A DNA stretch of 61,906 nt, filler included, from Catajapyx aquilonaris (lineage: Eukaryota): NCBI GenBank assembly GCA_000934665.2. It is 2 parts of 2 records of this genome, joined end to end, with 100 filler letters (N's around TTAATTAATTAA, not from the genome) between each part and the next. Parts side by side here need not be neighbours in the genome. Positions count along the whole stretch, not along the records: positions 30,985 to 61,906 come from JYFJ02004613.1; 1 more part is not named here. One strand, 5' to 3'. Numbering within the stretch: position 1 is the stretch's first letter; each line of letters opens with the position of its first letter. The notes under the pieces were generated by a model. It was not told where the DNA came from and did no database searches. It saw only the letters and a list, made by a program, of their open reading frames with translations. This document shows, one piece after another, positions 38,968 through 53,200 of the stretch. Position numbers and translations under genes: made by a program.

Positions 38968-40898
38968 CTATGGAGTAATCAATTCAACCCTAAAAGACAC
39001 GCATTTGCTTCTCATCAAGCTGTAGCTGTTGTCAAATGTGAGTGTGTCTGGAACATGAAACGCAAGTGATTTAAATAATGGACCATCCTGCCCCAGCACA
39101 CATCAGTTTCAAAATAAGCATCTTACATTCACCACACTCCAAAAGATCAGTCTTTCCTTCCATCAGCGAGACATGGCTGTCAACTTTTCTGTATGGTGCC
39201 ACATCATCAAATGCGTTGCCACTGTTACGACGAACCACAAAGCCAATGTCATGCGATTCAGTTTTAAATGCCCACCTGCCAATAATTAATTACACAAGAG
39301 CTTTCAAAGTGACATCTTTGCAGGCTTCACAGTTCACTTACTTCAAATAGGAATTGGCAACGGTTACGTCATACTTCAAGCTGAAATGTTCCCCTTTTGC
39401 AATCACAACTGAGGTGAAAGGAATTTCAAATGAAACATTCTTCTTTTGATTCGTGCAATTGCTTTTGGCGGGCTGCTTCTCTCCCGCTTTACCCTGCATA
39501 GAAAGCTAGGTGAAATGAATGCAGCTACTCATGCAGAGGCATTACGAGAAACAGTAAGGAATGCGGGACAGTAAGCAATTTTAGAATGATCCTGAACTAA
39601 CTTGAGATGAACAAGAAATACTTCCGAGTGTGGTCACTCCAGTTCCTCCTTCTCCTCTCATCCTCGTCAAGTGGTTGGGAAGCTGATCGTGGTGAATGAG
39701 ATTCAAAAGTGCGGGCAGCCACTTTGAGCGGTCGGAATTGAACACCTCCACCTTTGCCTTGGTCCTCTCACTCATGAATGGTTGCATCAGATTATACACC
39801 ACAGCAAATGCCTTAGGAGCTGCAACCAGCCATCAACATTTCAAAACAATAACCCCAACGAAAATCGCCTCACCATTTATTACGAAGCACTTCTTGAGAA
39901 TCTCTGGATAATTATCGTCAGTTAATTTCGCTGCCTCACACAGGTACTTCAAAGCTGTAAAGCAAAGTTATTCCTCATTATTACAACCCACCATAGTGTG
40001 GTTGTTGTGCAAATCGAAGCAAATGAGTCTCACATGGCTTGTACAGGTAATCTCTCAGGCAGAATCCTTGCATGTCGATTATGGTGATGTGCCGGGAAAT
40101 TGTTCTCCCCAGCTTATTTGTCTGTGCCGCCATCTCCCTCCTGCTCTGCTCCAAGATGAGGATGGACTGGCGCAGCATATCCTCCAGGCCTACAGACTGC
40201 ACCAGACCTTTTATGTCCATCTTGCCGTAATTCAGGAGCCACACTAGATCAAAGAGGGAAAGAGTATCATAAGTTTCATGTCTAGTGCAGAGTAGATGGT
40301 TCTGCTCAGACAATACACACGGTATTCTTACCTGGGCATCCATCCAGATCGTGGCCAACAATTTCTCTAGGGTAGTATTTTTCCAAGACCTCTGGACGGT
40401 TCCACATTAATATGTCATCGGCCTTGACCTTCTTTCTCCAATGCAACGACTGAAATGATAGTGACGCAAAAAACATTGCATTATAGTTCCTGACAAGTAC
40501 CCGCACAAAATGTGATTAGTGATGTGATACAGCAAACCTCTCGGAACATCAGTTCAGCTTTCTGACAGTCATAATTTCTCGCTGCAATGAAGATGCAATG
40601 TGTTCAAGAAAAGATGCGGACTTGGAAATGCTGTTTTCCATACATACTGTACCATTCTTGTGCAGGCGAGACTACTCACCTTTGAGCCACTTCAGCAAGT
40701 AATCATCATTTTGAGATGGTTGTACAACATCAGCAATTAAGCGTTTAAACTGCAATGCATTACACACTGTGTGTAAGAGTAGGGCAGGCTCAGTGAAATG
40801 ACATGCAATTGATTTACCACATGCAACTAGGATTTCAAAAGAAGTTTCCCACATACCTTGGCCAAGGCATCCTTTTGCTGTGCACTACACGCAGCCAT
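38968..40898 (-). CDS. SEC14L2: SEC14-like protein 2/3/4 family (CRAL-TRIO N + CRAL-TRIO + GOLD domain), ~387 aa, 10 coding exons
   Basis: Exons 40857-40898, 40680-40749, 40538-40581, 40332-40449, 40034-40243, 39874-39954, 39602-39819, 39342-39493, 39127-39275, 38968-39047; all GT-AG and phase-consistent, 1164 nt in total. Motifs QKDALAKF, DDYLLKWLKARNYD, GHDLDGCPVW, NYPEILKKCFVINAPKAF, YNLMQPFMSERT, and GOLD motifs WAFKTESHDIGF and TFDNSYS. Confidence 0.92.
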
Positions 40899-41672
40899 CG
40901 TAATACACTGTTCCACTGTCGTCACATACGTACAGGGAGATCAGTTCAGGATGAGTGCCAAGGACCAACTGAAATGGATGACTCTCGGGAAGTCGCTTTA
41001 TAAACTTCCCATCGCCATTGGCAGTGACGTGTTGGGAGATTTTGGGACTTGACCCGTGACGGCCAAGGACAGCCACAAAACTGATAAAGGGAGACGTTGG
41101 GGTAGGTCCACTCACTCTTTGACCTCTTCTTCTGCCGCAACCCTCGCTTCATCAATGACATGGCAGTGAATGGAAATGGATGGCAACAAACAATGCCAAC
41201 GAAAACCATCTCACTTGCATCCAGAGAAACTTGGAAGGCTGCGAGAGTATCGCTATTACATGCTTTTCGATAGCTGCAAGCAAGTTGTGTTTGAAGGAAT
41301 TGAACTGTCACTTATTCCCCTGACTGCACCAGAAAGGAACAGTTGCCCAGCACTAATGGAGCGAGTATTATTAATTATTCTAATTAATCCATGCATCTTC
41401 CCGATTGTGCCACAGCAGCTGACTGTATGTGCTGTACGTCAAGGACACTCCTGACTTCTACTGAAAATAGCATGTATGGCAACACAGGTCAAAGTAGTGC
41501 GGGCCTGGTGCTTATCATCAGCTGTCTCCGCTCCACTAACCTGGCATTGACACCATGCCCCACTTGTTGTGTTCCAGTTACTTTGCCCCATCAACATTCA
41601 AAGTCCTAACCACCCCCCAAGGAACTTTTTGCAGCATGCAGAGGGTGTCTGTAGCATTGGTTGTCCTCATAA

Positions 41673-41795
41673 AGGCCCATTCACACAGGCCATCGATGGT
41701 TTTGGTATTTGGTCGCGTTGACGCAGCGGACCAATCCTACCTCACCAATGTTTGATGATTGGTCCGCGGCGTCAACGGCCTGTGTGAATGGGCCT
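41673..41795. mobile_element. PIF/Harbinger (Tourist-like) MITE, 123 bp
   Basis: TAA|AGGCCCATTCACACAGGCC...GGCCTGTGTGAATGGGCCT|TAA: perfect 19-bp TIRs, a 3-bp TAA TSD and an internal 21-bp inverted repeat with one mismatch. Confidence 0.8.
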
Positions 41796-43224
41796 TAATA
41801 CTGCAGCAGCATCCATCAGTTATTACGCCGAGATGAATATATTACAGCACCATATATTTCCCCAAACATGCCTGGCCTCCAGGCAAACCCAGCCTATGTC
41901 ATTTTGACGTCATCAGTTTCACGCTATCAAGCTCGAGTGCAGAAGACCTTGGCCAGTGCACGTGTCCTGGTCCATGGCGAAAGTCTGACCCATAATAATT
42001 ACTGCTATACTTCAGGTCAGATGTGTTGAAAGCTCCAGATTTGGCTTCCTGTTGGTACAGAAGAACCTCCATTTTATACCACCTGTCCTACAAGGTGCAA
42101 GTGACTGGAGCATTGGAACTAGAATGAAACACTGCGGCTACAAAACTTGGACGTGTAAGAGTTTAATACGAAAAAGAGATAAAGAGAGAGAAAAAAAACA
42201 GGACATGTGATTTACACGACTGGTGGGGGATGGAACCAAGAGCTTCGTGGGATAATTAGGCGTACAACAATAACCCCTTGCACATGTCAGCAGCATAAAT
42301 ACAAGGTACTCGGAAAGAAAAAAAGCAACAAATCACAGGGAAAAACCCTAAAAGAATGAGACGAGCAATTACGACTCTTACAAGTCACCTTTAGGTTTTA
42401 TGACATATCGTCTCCCTCTGGCTTCGTTTATCAGTATATATTTCTTCCAGGTTTATTCCTTAATTAATCCCCTTGTGGATACGGGGGTGGAGCTACATGA
42501 TTCGAAGCTGTCTGGGAAGACTGAACAGACACGGAAATACTTTGGATGGCAGACCATCCCCCCCAATGGACACATTTTTCTTAACATTTCTAAACATAGC
42601 TAGATCTCAGCGGGATGCGTTGCGGGGTCGACAAAATTGGGTGCAGCATTCATACCAGAAAGTGGTGGGTCGGAGGTCACTGCTGCCTAATTCTTCAGCA
42701 AACTATCAACCAAAGTGGGCCACCCACCCACACTTTCTTTGGTGAAAAATAGGCCTTACTCAATAGTGGGCAATCTGAACAGCATGCCCTTAATCCACCC
42801 GAGTACAGGATGCTGAGGGAGGCCACGGAACGAGGAAGGCCCACAATGAGTCACCATATGAAAACGAGGGGGCCTTACGAATGGCACAGATCAGCATTTG
42901 CTCACAAATCAAGTGGTGCGGGGGGACAAGTCCAGTTCGGGTCAGATCACTGCCAACCAAATCTCACTCACATGTGTTGGGGGGTGGAGGAGGGAACGTG
43001 ACCTATGCGCATGGTACATATGTAAAAGAAAAACCAACCACACCCAGGGCAGCCTTAAAAATCACACGAAAAATGGGGGGCAGACCAGCAATTAACAAAT
43101 CGAATGGGAGAGAAGGGTAGGTCCTCCAGTGGGAGGCCTCCGCAAACCAAATAAAAGGAGGGAGGGAGGGGGATGGCCAACCACCATTCCACAACTGCCA
43201 ACCCCAAACCAGACGCGAGCCAAA

Positions 43225-44990
<1,766 letters not shown>

Positions 44991-46370
44991 TCAGATACAA
45001 GTTTTACTAGACTGTCACTGGTAAATCTGCAAAAGACGGGGAGGAATAATTGTAATCATCTCCTTTTTATGGAAATGCAGGCTTTATCCCATCATTGCCC
45101 TTTGCAAGTTGCCCACTTACATCTCATGACAAAAGCCTTGCTTGTAACTTAATGAGGAGGCCTTCACGCCATTAGTATACCAAGCACAGCATGTAGCACA
45201 GGTTAGGTGATAAAAACATTCATGAAACCAGTTGTTTACAGTGAATAATGATCATACATAAGTAGTAATCTACAAGGTCAAGAAGTGTATCTGGTCAGTG
45301 AACCCTGGCCAAATGTCCTTGACTTTTGATAATGGTTGGCAGCACAGAAGGCATGTACGAAAAGTGAGATTGCAATGAGTTCAACCCTCCAGTGCACTGA
45401 ATATTATCCAACGCTGCATACTTCACTTCATAGGCAAGTTGAAAATGCAAAGCAAAACAATATATGCCACCAATTACTGTTGAATAACCTGTCATGATCT
45501 TAACTGCTGAAATGGCAGCTTCTCTTGTATTCATGCCCTGATTACTCCTGAACTCTTGCGTTACAAGAACAAACCTTTTGCAATAGAACTGTGGTCACGT
45601 AACCAACTGACCATAAAAAATTACACTGCAATAAAGTGCCTCCCCCATGGAAAGTAACACTGTCCGCTTTTTTTCTTCCTTTCTTTTCTTTTCGGCGTGA
45701 TTCAGATAATCAAGGGGGATTGCCCAATACTTTTAAATGTACAGCTGATTTACTCCTGACTGTGCAACACCTGGAAAATCTTGAGCATACTTCATAGCTG
45801 CGGCCAGATTATCCCAATTTAAAAAAAATTTAACCCACACATGGCACAAAAGACCAAAGATGAAACTCCTTACCCAAATGGAACCCGCCCCATGCCATTC
45901 AATCACCCACCAAGAAGCGTCTACACAAAGTAAGCCTAGCCTACACTAGTGAGACAAAGGAATCGCCCGAATGCACCCCACTCCCAAGGGTCGCCTCTCC
46001 CCCAAGCCCGGCCGATCCTGGTTCCTCTTCTTCCCCTATACCCGTGTGGTCCGCCCTTTTTTCCTTCCCTCCTTCCCTTTACCGTACGTCTGGAATATGG
46101 AATATTCAAAACGGCGTGGCTGCCCAGCCCTCCATCTTCCTTTTTCGCCCCCCACTTTTTTTTTTTTGCCCCCTCCCCTCCCGGCTTCCACACACACACA
46201 ATGGAACCCGCATTTGAATCGCCCATTTCTCCCTAGGACCTAGCTGCACGGGGCCGATCCGACCACCGATCCCTTCCTTGGGCCTTACCGAATCGACAGA
46301 TGCACCCAGGGGCAGAGGGAGGGCCGGAGTGCGGGCGGGGCAGGGGCACAAAGCTGAGGAGCTCACTCAC

Positions 46371-46500
46371 CTCCCGACTTCCGACTGCGACCAGAGACCT
46401 CGTAAAGGACCCAAAGAGGGAGGAGGAAGGGTGCAGGCAGCTTCAAACACCGGGGCGACATCTTTCATCCAGTCCCCCACGCTCATCTTATCGGAATGCC
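46371..46500 (-). other. Probable non-coding first exon of PRMT1 (5' boundary uncertain)
   Basis: Donor GGGAG|gtgagt at 46370; acceptor tcttttgcag| at 45027 upstream of the ATG; GC-rich context. Confidence 0.5.
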
Positions 46501-47100
46501 CACTCACGGCCGGACTTCATTTGAATTTTATGCTTTTGCCATTTTATGTGCCAAATAGCCTCACAACAATGCCCATTTTCTGATCGATTATACTGTGCGT
46601 TTATAGTGACAGCTGCAGTCAAGCGCTGTTCACGGCCATATTTGTTTAAGTCAGATTTGGGCGCCGCATGGTCAGTAGTTGGTCAGTTTGCCCGCCAGGT
46701 AGAGCGCGCATCGGCGAAAATCATTAGCTGCACGCATGCGCACTCAAGCCAGCGCAAACATGGCCCAAAAAAACATGCCGGTCCGGCACGGTCCGGTAGG
46801 AAGAAAAGAAAAGCCGTAATGAAATAGTCATGGTTGCATATGTGATTCCTGGAACCATGGTGGACGTCGGGCGTCACCAGTCGTCACGGTGACCACATGA
46901 TTGGGCAAAAGTGCGTCACAAGCACAAGGAAGGAGAATCGATGTGCCGCCCTAGTATCGATACTCTGTGGGCATGGTGGGGAGTATATCGATATATATTC
47001 CCAAGTACATTTCATTGATTGGGAGGACACGTGCCAAATTACCAGAGAGAAAAAAAGAGACATAAAAAATGCAGCAGCAAAAAGAAGACGAGAGATGAAT
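46500..47100. promoter_or_regulatory. Bidirectional promoter region between PRMT1 (-) and the TRPA gene (+) with two DRE (TATCGATA) elements
   Basis: TATCGATA at 46955-46962 and 46986-46993, each within a 12-bp palindrome; head-to-head gene arrangement. Confidence 0.6.
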
Positions 47101-47278
47101 CCATAGGAACGAGGCGGGGTCTTCTCCCAGGGAGGGAGGGAGGGTGAGTCGCCGGCGATGGAAGCCCTGCTGGGAATAATGCCCAGGAGTGGACGATGAC
47201 CATCATACTTGACTCAACTTGATCATTTGCAGGGTTGTTGCTTATTGGAGGAACTACAACGACAACAACTGCTGAAGG

Positions 47279-50200
47279 ATGGGAGCGGCAGCCTCTGCTT
47301 CGTACATTCCGGAGAAGGACTCTGGGCAGCAGCAAGGAGGCGAGGACGACGACGAAGATGCAGTTCCGCTCCAGGACGTGAGGGCACAGAATGTCATGCG
47401 GGCTGTCAGCACGGTAACTTTTATTAAACTTCTCTCTGACTCTGTGGACATTCTGGTGACAAAAGTCAACAAAACATGGCATAAAACATATAGCATTGGC
47501 GCTATGCTGCACTCATTCGAAAAAAAAACTCAAGCAGGAGTTTGTTAATTAAGAGTTGCAGACAAGCAGCTGTGTAACCATATCTTGACAGTTGTTGCTG
47601 AGGCTGTCTTTGGTGGGAAGTGTGCAATTAGCGCAAGCAACTGTCATATGTTCCAGATGAGGATGTGCACATGTGACGTCACATTGAAATGGTCTCATTT
47701 ATGCAGCCTTGCCTCACAGAAATTACTGGCCATGTGAAGGACTATTTCCTCTAATAATTAGAGGCTGCCATAAAGTAGTCTACACATCATTGAGATCTTG
47801 CATCAGGCATTGTCATTGAGATCTCAAGTAGAAAAGGTAACAGGGTAGAACAAGAGAGAGGCTAGGTAGAACAAGATGCATATGAGTGTTTAAAAAAAAT
47901 GCTAATAGGAATGGTATTCAAATTTAATATGGCAAACTGTCTTGCCATTGTGGGGCAATGGCATTATTTAAAAAGCTAAAAAAGTCACTTTGACTGTTAC
48001 ATTACTCATAACTAGATGAAAGAGATGCTGCACATGGCGGGAGAACTCCACAGTAAATTTTCCGTAACGATCCTTCAAAGTGAGTCATGGATTCACAATA
48101 TTTTGTGAACAGAATTACGTATTTTAAAAATAATATATTATCTACCTGTCACAAAGCAGGACAGTCAAATTCCTTCTTTGACCTCTAGCTGTTTGGATGG
48201 TTTCGTGGTGGGGAGAGGTAAACCGGAGTAAATTTTTCCTGAGTTAATTTGCATTAAACCTAAGAGTTGCGTGTATTATTGCAGGTTCTGGATGAGGTCC
48301 TCCGCTGCAGCTCTGAGGGTGACTCGTCCCAGCTGGCTCAGATCCTGGATGACCTGGGCCCGGGAGAGTGCACCGTCCGCCTCCCAACCCTGTGTGATGC
48401 AGAGGGGCAGACTGCCCTCCACCTGGCCACCTTGGAAGGTCACCCTGAATGCGTCACAGTCCTTCTCGACAAAGGGGACAGCCAGCAGGTCGGAGTGACT
48501 GACTCGCAGGGAATGACAGCGCTGCACTTGGCTGCCAGGCAGGGACATGCTCACATCCTCGCAATGCTGCTGCAGCAAAAGGTACTGATGCTTTTATGAC
48601 ATGTTCCGTGGACATTGGACGTGACTAATCGTACTTCTTATTTTATAAAGCCATCTGCGGAGGTATTGGCCATGCGCGCAGGGGAATCTGGCAACACAGC
48701 CCTTCATGAGTGCGTGGAGGGAGGCCATGTTGAGTGTGTCCGCCTTCTGGTCCAGGCTGGCTCGCAGTGGTGGTGGCGTAACAAGAAGGGATGCACCGCT
48801 GTCCACTTGGCTGCCTGGTGGGGTCATCTTGAACTCCTGTCGCACTTCATGAAAGAAGGAGGTACGCATAGCTGGAATGTGGGGCGAGGTAAGCATAGCA
48901 GGGAAGTGATGGCATTTCCTTCTTCTGCAATTAAGACGGAGACAGGGTTGTGGACCCAGAGGACCCTGACCACCAAGGGAAGACCCTGGTCCATCTGGCA
49001 GCGGAGTTTGATCATCCCGAGGTCCTTCGCTGGCTGTTTGGGGAGCACCTGAGCTGCCAGGTGCAGCCGACGGATGCAGATGGGGAGACACCCATGCATC
49101 TGGCTGCAAGAAACAACAACCTGCTGATTGCATCCATATTAGTCGACTCAGGTCATGACCCATACCTCAGGAATCTGGAGGGGAAGCGACCTGTTGACCT
49201 GGCCATGGAGGAGGGCAACACGCAGGTGGAAGAGTGGCTCAGGAGTCCTTTCTCCGATCTTCCAAACAGGGAGAGGTGAGGCTGTTCCTCTCCGCTTCCT
49301 GACCACTTGAATTTGTGGCACAGTCTTTACAGTAATTATGGATTGTTTTGCTGAGCATTTACTGAATTTTCTTTTGGTAGCACTGGCTCAACCCTTGCAG
49401 TGGAATCTGACTTGCCAGTGGATGAACCTGACTCGAGTGACCTTCTGGAACCAATTCAGTCTGGAAACGTTGAGCTTCTGACCTCCCTGCTGGACTCCCT
49501 TTCTTCTGGAGAATCCATCCCGGACTCATGCTTGCACTTGTCCTGCTCACTGGGGCAGGATGGTCCCACGCTGCTGCTGCTGGAGAGAGGGTGCGACCAT
49601 TCAGCGCATCATGGCCCTGACCTTTCAACCCCTGTCCACCAGGCAGCCATTGGTGGGCATGCTTCATGCTTGCAACTGCTTCTGGACAACGGGGCTTCCC
49701 CTGACCTGCGAATGGAGCGTGACCTCACCCCTTTGCACTGTGCAGCCTTACATGGCCATCCTGATTGCCTTCGAGTGCTGCTGTCCTCTGGTGCTGACCC
49801 ATCTGCAATGAATGAGACTGGTGACACACCTTTGCATGTTGCGACCTGGCAGGGACGGCTGGAATGTGTGGCCGTCCTGATTGAGGGTGGAGCCTCACTG
49901 GATGCGTCTAATCGAAGGGGGAGAACAGCACTGCATGAGGCAGCCTGGCAAGGCAATGTTGACCTAACGACCATGCTGGTGCAGGCTGGTGCGTCACTGG
50001 ACGTGCGGGGTGCTTCTGGAGGCACACCTCTTCATGATGCCGTCGAGAATGGCAAGTTGGATGCAGTTGCCATCCTGGTCCGCAGTGGTGCGAGCCTGGC
50101 AGCCAGGAACGGGATGGGACGCACTGCAATGCACCAGGCTGCAGAGTTTGGGCACCTCAACATTTTGCAGGTCAGTAGTCTGCAGTAATCAGTAGGTCAG

Positions 50201-53200
50201 TTGACTTCTCCCTAATTCCCATGTTTCTTAGTGCTAGACCCATGTGACTCAAAAAGTGTGGCAAGTTGCTCTTTTCCTGCTCTGAAATATGAACTGCAAT
50301 ACCTAATGATACGCTGCCAACCAGCCAGCATATAAGAAACACCCTGTAGTCCTATTAGTGATTTGGCTGCCGAGTTCAAAGACCTCCTATATAAAGTAAT
50401 CCTCTGTTTCCCAGGATATCACCTCAGAAGTTTGTTGATGTTATTACGGCGTGCCCTCTATATCGGTCACACTTTTTATTTGTTTCAATATTTACAATTC
50501 CCAGTATTACAGTGATTAACTTGTGCCTCGTGTTAATGCTGCAGTGTTTATGGCAGGAAGGTCATTGAAGGATCCGTAACTGATGGAGCTTCCAAGGTCG
50601 CACTTGTAGTCCTGCACGTGGAAAGGCAACTGACCACAGCGTTCTTTGCGCTTTCATACCAGAATGCAAGGATGCTGATGACCCATCCTGCTACTACTAG
50701 TCCAAAAGGACCGTACAATTTTTCTTTGGTTAGCGGCTTCCCCTCTTCTTCCTCGTCATCACCCATATTGCTGTCAGCTGCGTTGGCTTCAAAATTGTGT
50801 ACAGACTGGAGGAGATTCATGTAACCTTCCATGTCCATGTATTGTTGGAAGAACCCTCCCTCAAACATGTATGACATGCCCTGACTGAAGGCCATGAAGG
50901 ATGGAAAGTCCTTCAGGTATGCTAATCCTGAGTATATGTTGATGGCAACTTCAGTCTTGTCAAAATATTGGATGCGTCCAAGCAGGTCGGTAAACATCAA
51001 CAGCTTAAGCTTCAAGAAGTTTTGCACTCCGAGGCAGGCTGCCTTGGTTTGAGAGCACCTCGTGATGCACTCGTCGTATGTCGAGTACAGCACCATCCTC
51101 TCCTTGATGGTCTGGTGCAGTGGAAGGTCCAAGTCTCGCAGGAACACAGCATATGCAAGTCCGTTGATGTTCTCAGCGCCGATCTCGTACTCCATGTCCA
51201 GCAGTTCAGCGAAGGTCACAGGGAGCACTTCCTTCCTGGGGATGGCCACGAATGAGAAGACTGCCTCCTGGTAGCCGCAGGTGATGACCATGGCCAGGAA
51301 GAGCCAGAAGGCAAGGAAGGTGCGGAATGCATCTCCTGCAGGGACCTCCCGGTTGGGAAGCTGCTCCAGGAAGGACTGGAGGAGGTACTGGCACACGTAG
51401 GCCAGGGGACTGGGGGGCCCTTCCCAGTCAGGGTCGAACAGGGACCTCCTTCTCAGGAGGAGCCAGGCCGAGAGGATGCCGATCGCTGTTCCGAACAGGA
51501 TGCAGAGCCAGACTTGGGCCGAGTAGGGCCAGAATATGGTCTGCCAGGACCAGACCGGGCCAGCATGTGCCCGAGTGAAAGAGAATCCAGTGTAGAAGAA
51601 GGGAAATGCAAAGTTGACATGCGTCATGGAGTCTGCTTGGTAAAGGGCTACTATTGAATCTGCGTGTCCTTTTATAAGTTCACCAATGTATCCCAGCCAT
51701 GTCCCGTTGCTCATCCTGCTCATGTATATTTCCTCTGGAGTGATATCTTTTGGGTATGCTTCCCATCCAAAATTGAAATTTTTACCCAGTTCATGTGCAG
51801 CCATTATGAAGCTTTCCAGTTTCCAAAATCCTTTCTCTTGGATCATTTTCTCCACTCCCTCACTAGTAACCTTCTTAATAAAAGGCATTCTCATGTTCTT
51901 TTTGTTCAAGTTCCATGTCATATCAGGAAAGAGTTTCGTGTTGGGAGGGAGAGGATGAGTTCCCAGGAACATTCGTGTGGGATTGCCATTGTCACAGTAG
52001 AAGCAGATGGTGTACAGTTTTATCGACTGATGGGAAGGTTGAAGTGCAACCTTGAACTTCCATCCCGCGGCAACATCTAGCTGCAAGGCCTGTGGAGATG
52101 GCTCCTGCCTGGTCCACACCACAAAGTAGTCCCGAAAAGCCTGCGCCCTGATGCTGAATGCATGATGCAGACTCAGTCGTCTGAAGCCATCCACCGTGTT
52201 GCTAGTCAAGAAGTGCACCACACAGTCCCCACCCGATGTCTTCTTCCGCTCGTACAAGTCCCACAGCTCCCTCACACTTTGGTGCTTGGGAATCTGGAAG
52301 TGCTCTGGGGCCTGGAATGCCATGGAAAATCTGTCCTCTTCACTTAAATTCCTCAATAGGTGTTGGAAGGGTTCTGGTAACTGAATGAAGTCATGCACAA
52401 GCACTAAACTGCATGTGGGCAGTGCTTGTGCCATAATGTTTGTGAGAAAGTCGGCTGTCAGCTGCACCGAGAGCAGTTCCTGTGACGCACAAAATGAAAT
52501 TAAAATATATGCAAGTGATATGTACTGGAACGCTGCCATGGTGCTGTACACAACTTCTGGCACCGTTATGTGAATCCAGCAAACTGAGTGGTGACGCTTC
52601 CTGCAGTGACCACGTCATGAGTTCCTGAAGGCTAGAATCAAGTGATTTTGGTTGTTCTGGTTGTTTTCGTTATCTCTGCGTCACTGGTAAATTGCAGCCT
52701 AGTGTCAATATTGTCGTAGGTGGCCTGGCTCTCACTGGAGGCAATTTGTGTGGGTAATTTATGAGGAAGATGACCATGAGGATTGTGTAATTGGACATTT
52801 CTGTGGCACAGGAAGAGCCCCTCTGTCATTTCAGAGCTGACAGCTATCTATTTCCCAGCACTTTGGGCTAAATCGGTTGGGCAACTTTCCCAGTTAAACC
52901 GTACAGTTCTCAGGCTAATATTACCAGAACTGGTGGGCTTCTCTGATGCTTTCAGAGATATGGTTGCCTTTGGTGATGGTCTTTCCTGACGCAGTCAATT
53001 TATAAATAATTGATTGTCCCCCAAATGCTGTCATTATGTGCTGACACGGTTTGCTCTGTTCGCGTCGTAGGAGGCAAGGAAGAGGCGGGAACTATTAAAG
53101 GCAAGAAAGTTACGTCTAGGAATAGGGTTTCAATATTGGTTGAAGGATGCGAAAGGTTGACAATGGATCAAATGCCATCTTTGCAAGTAACTTCCAAATA

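Noticed and set aside
39581..39601. Apparent early stop of the SEC14-like ORF (no GOLD domain)
   Set aside because: A donor at 39601 and three further in-phase exons complete the GOLD domain
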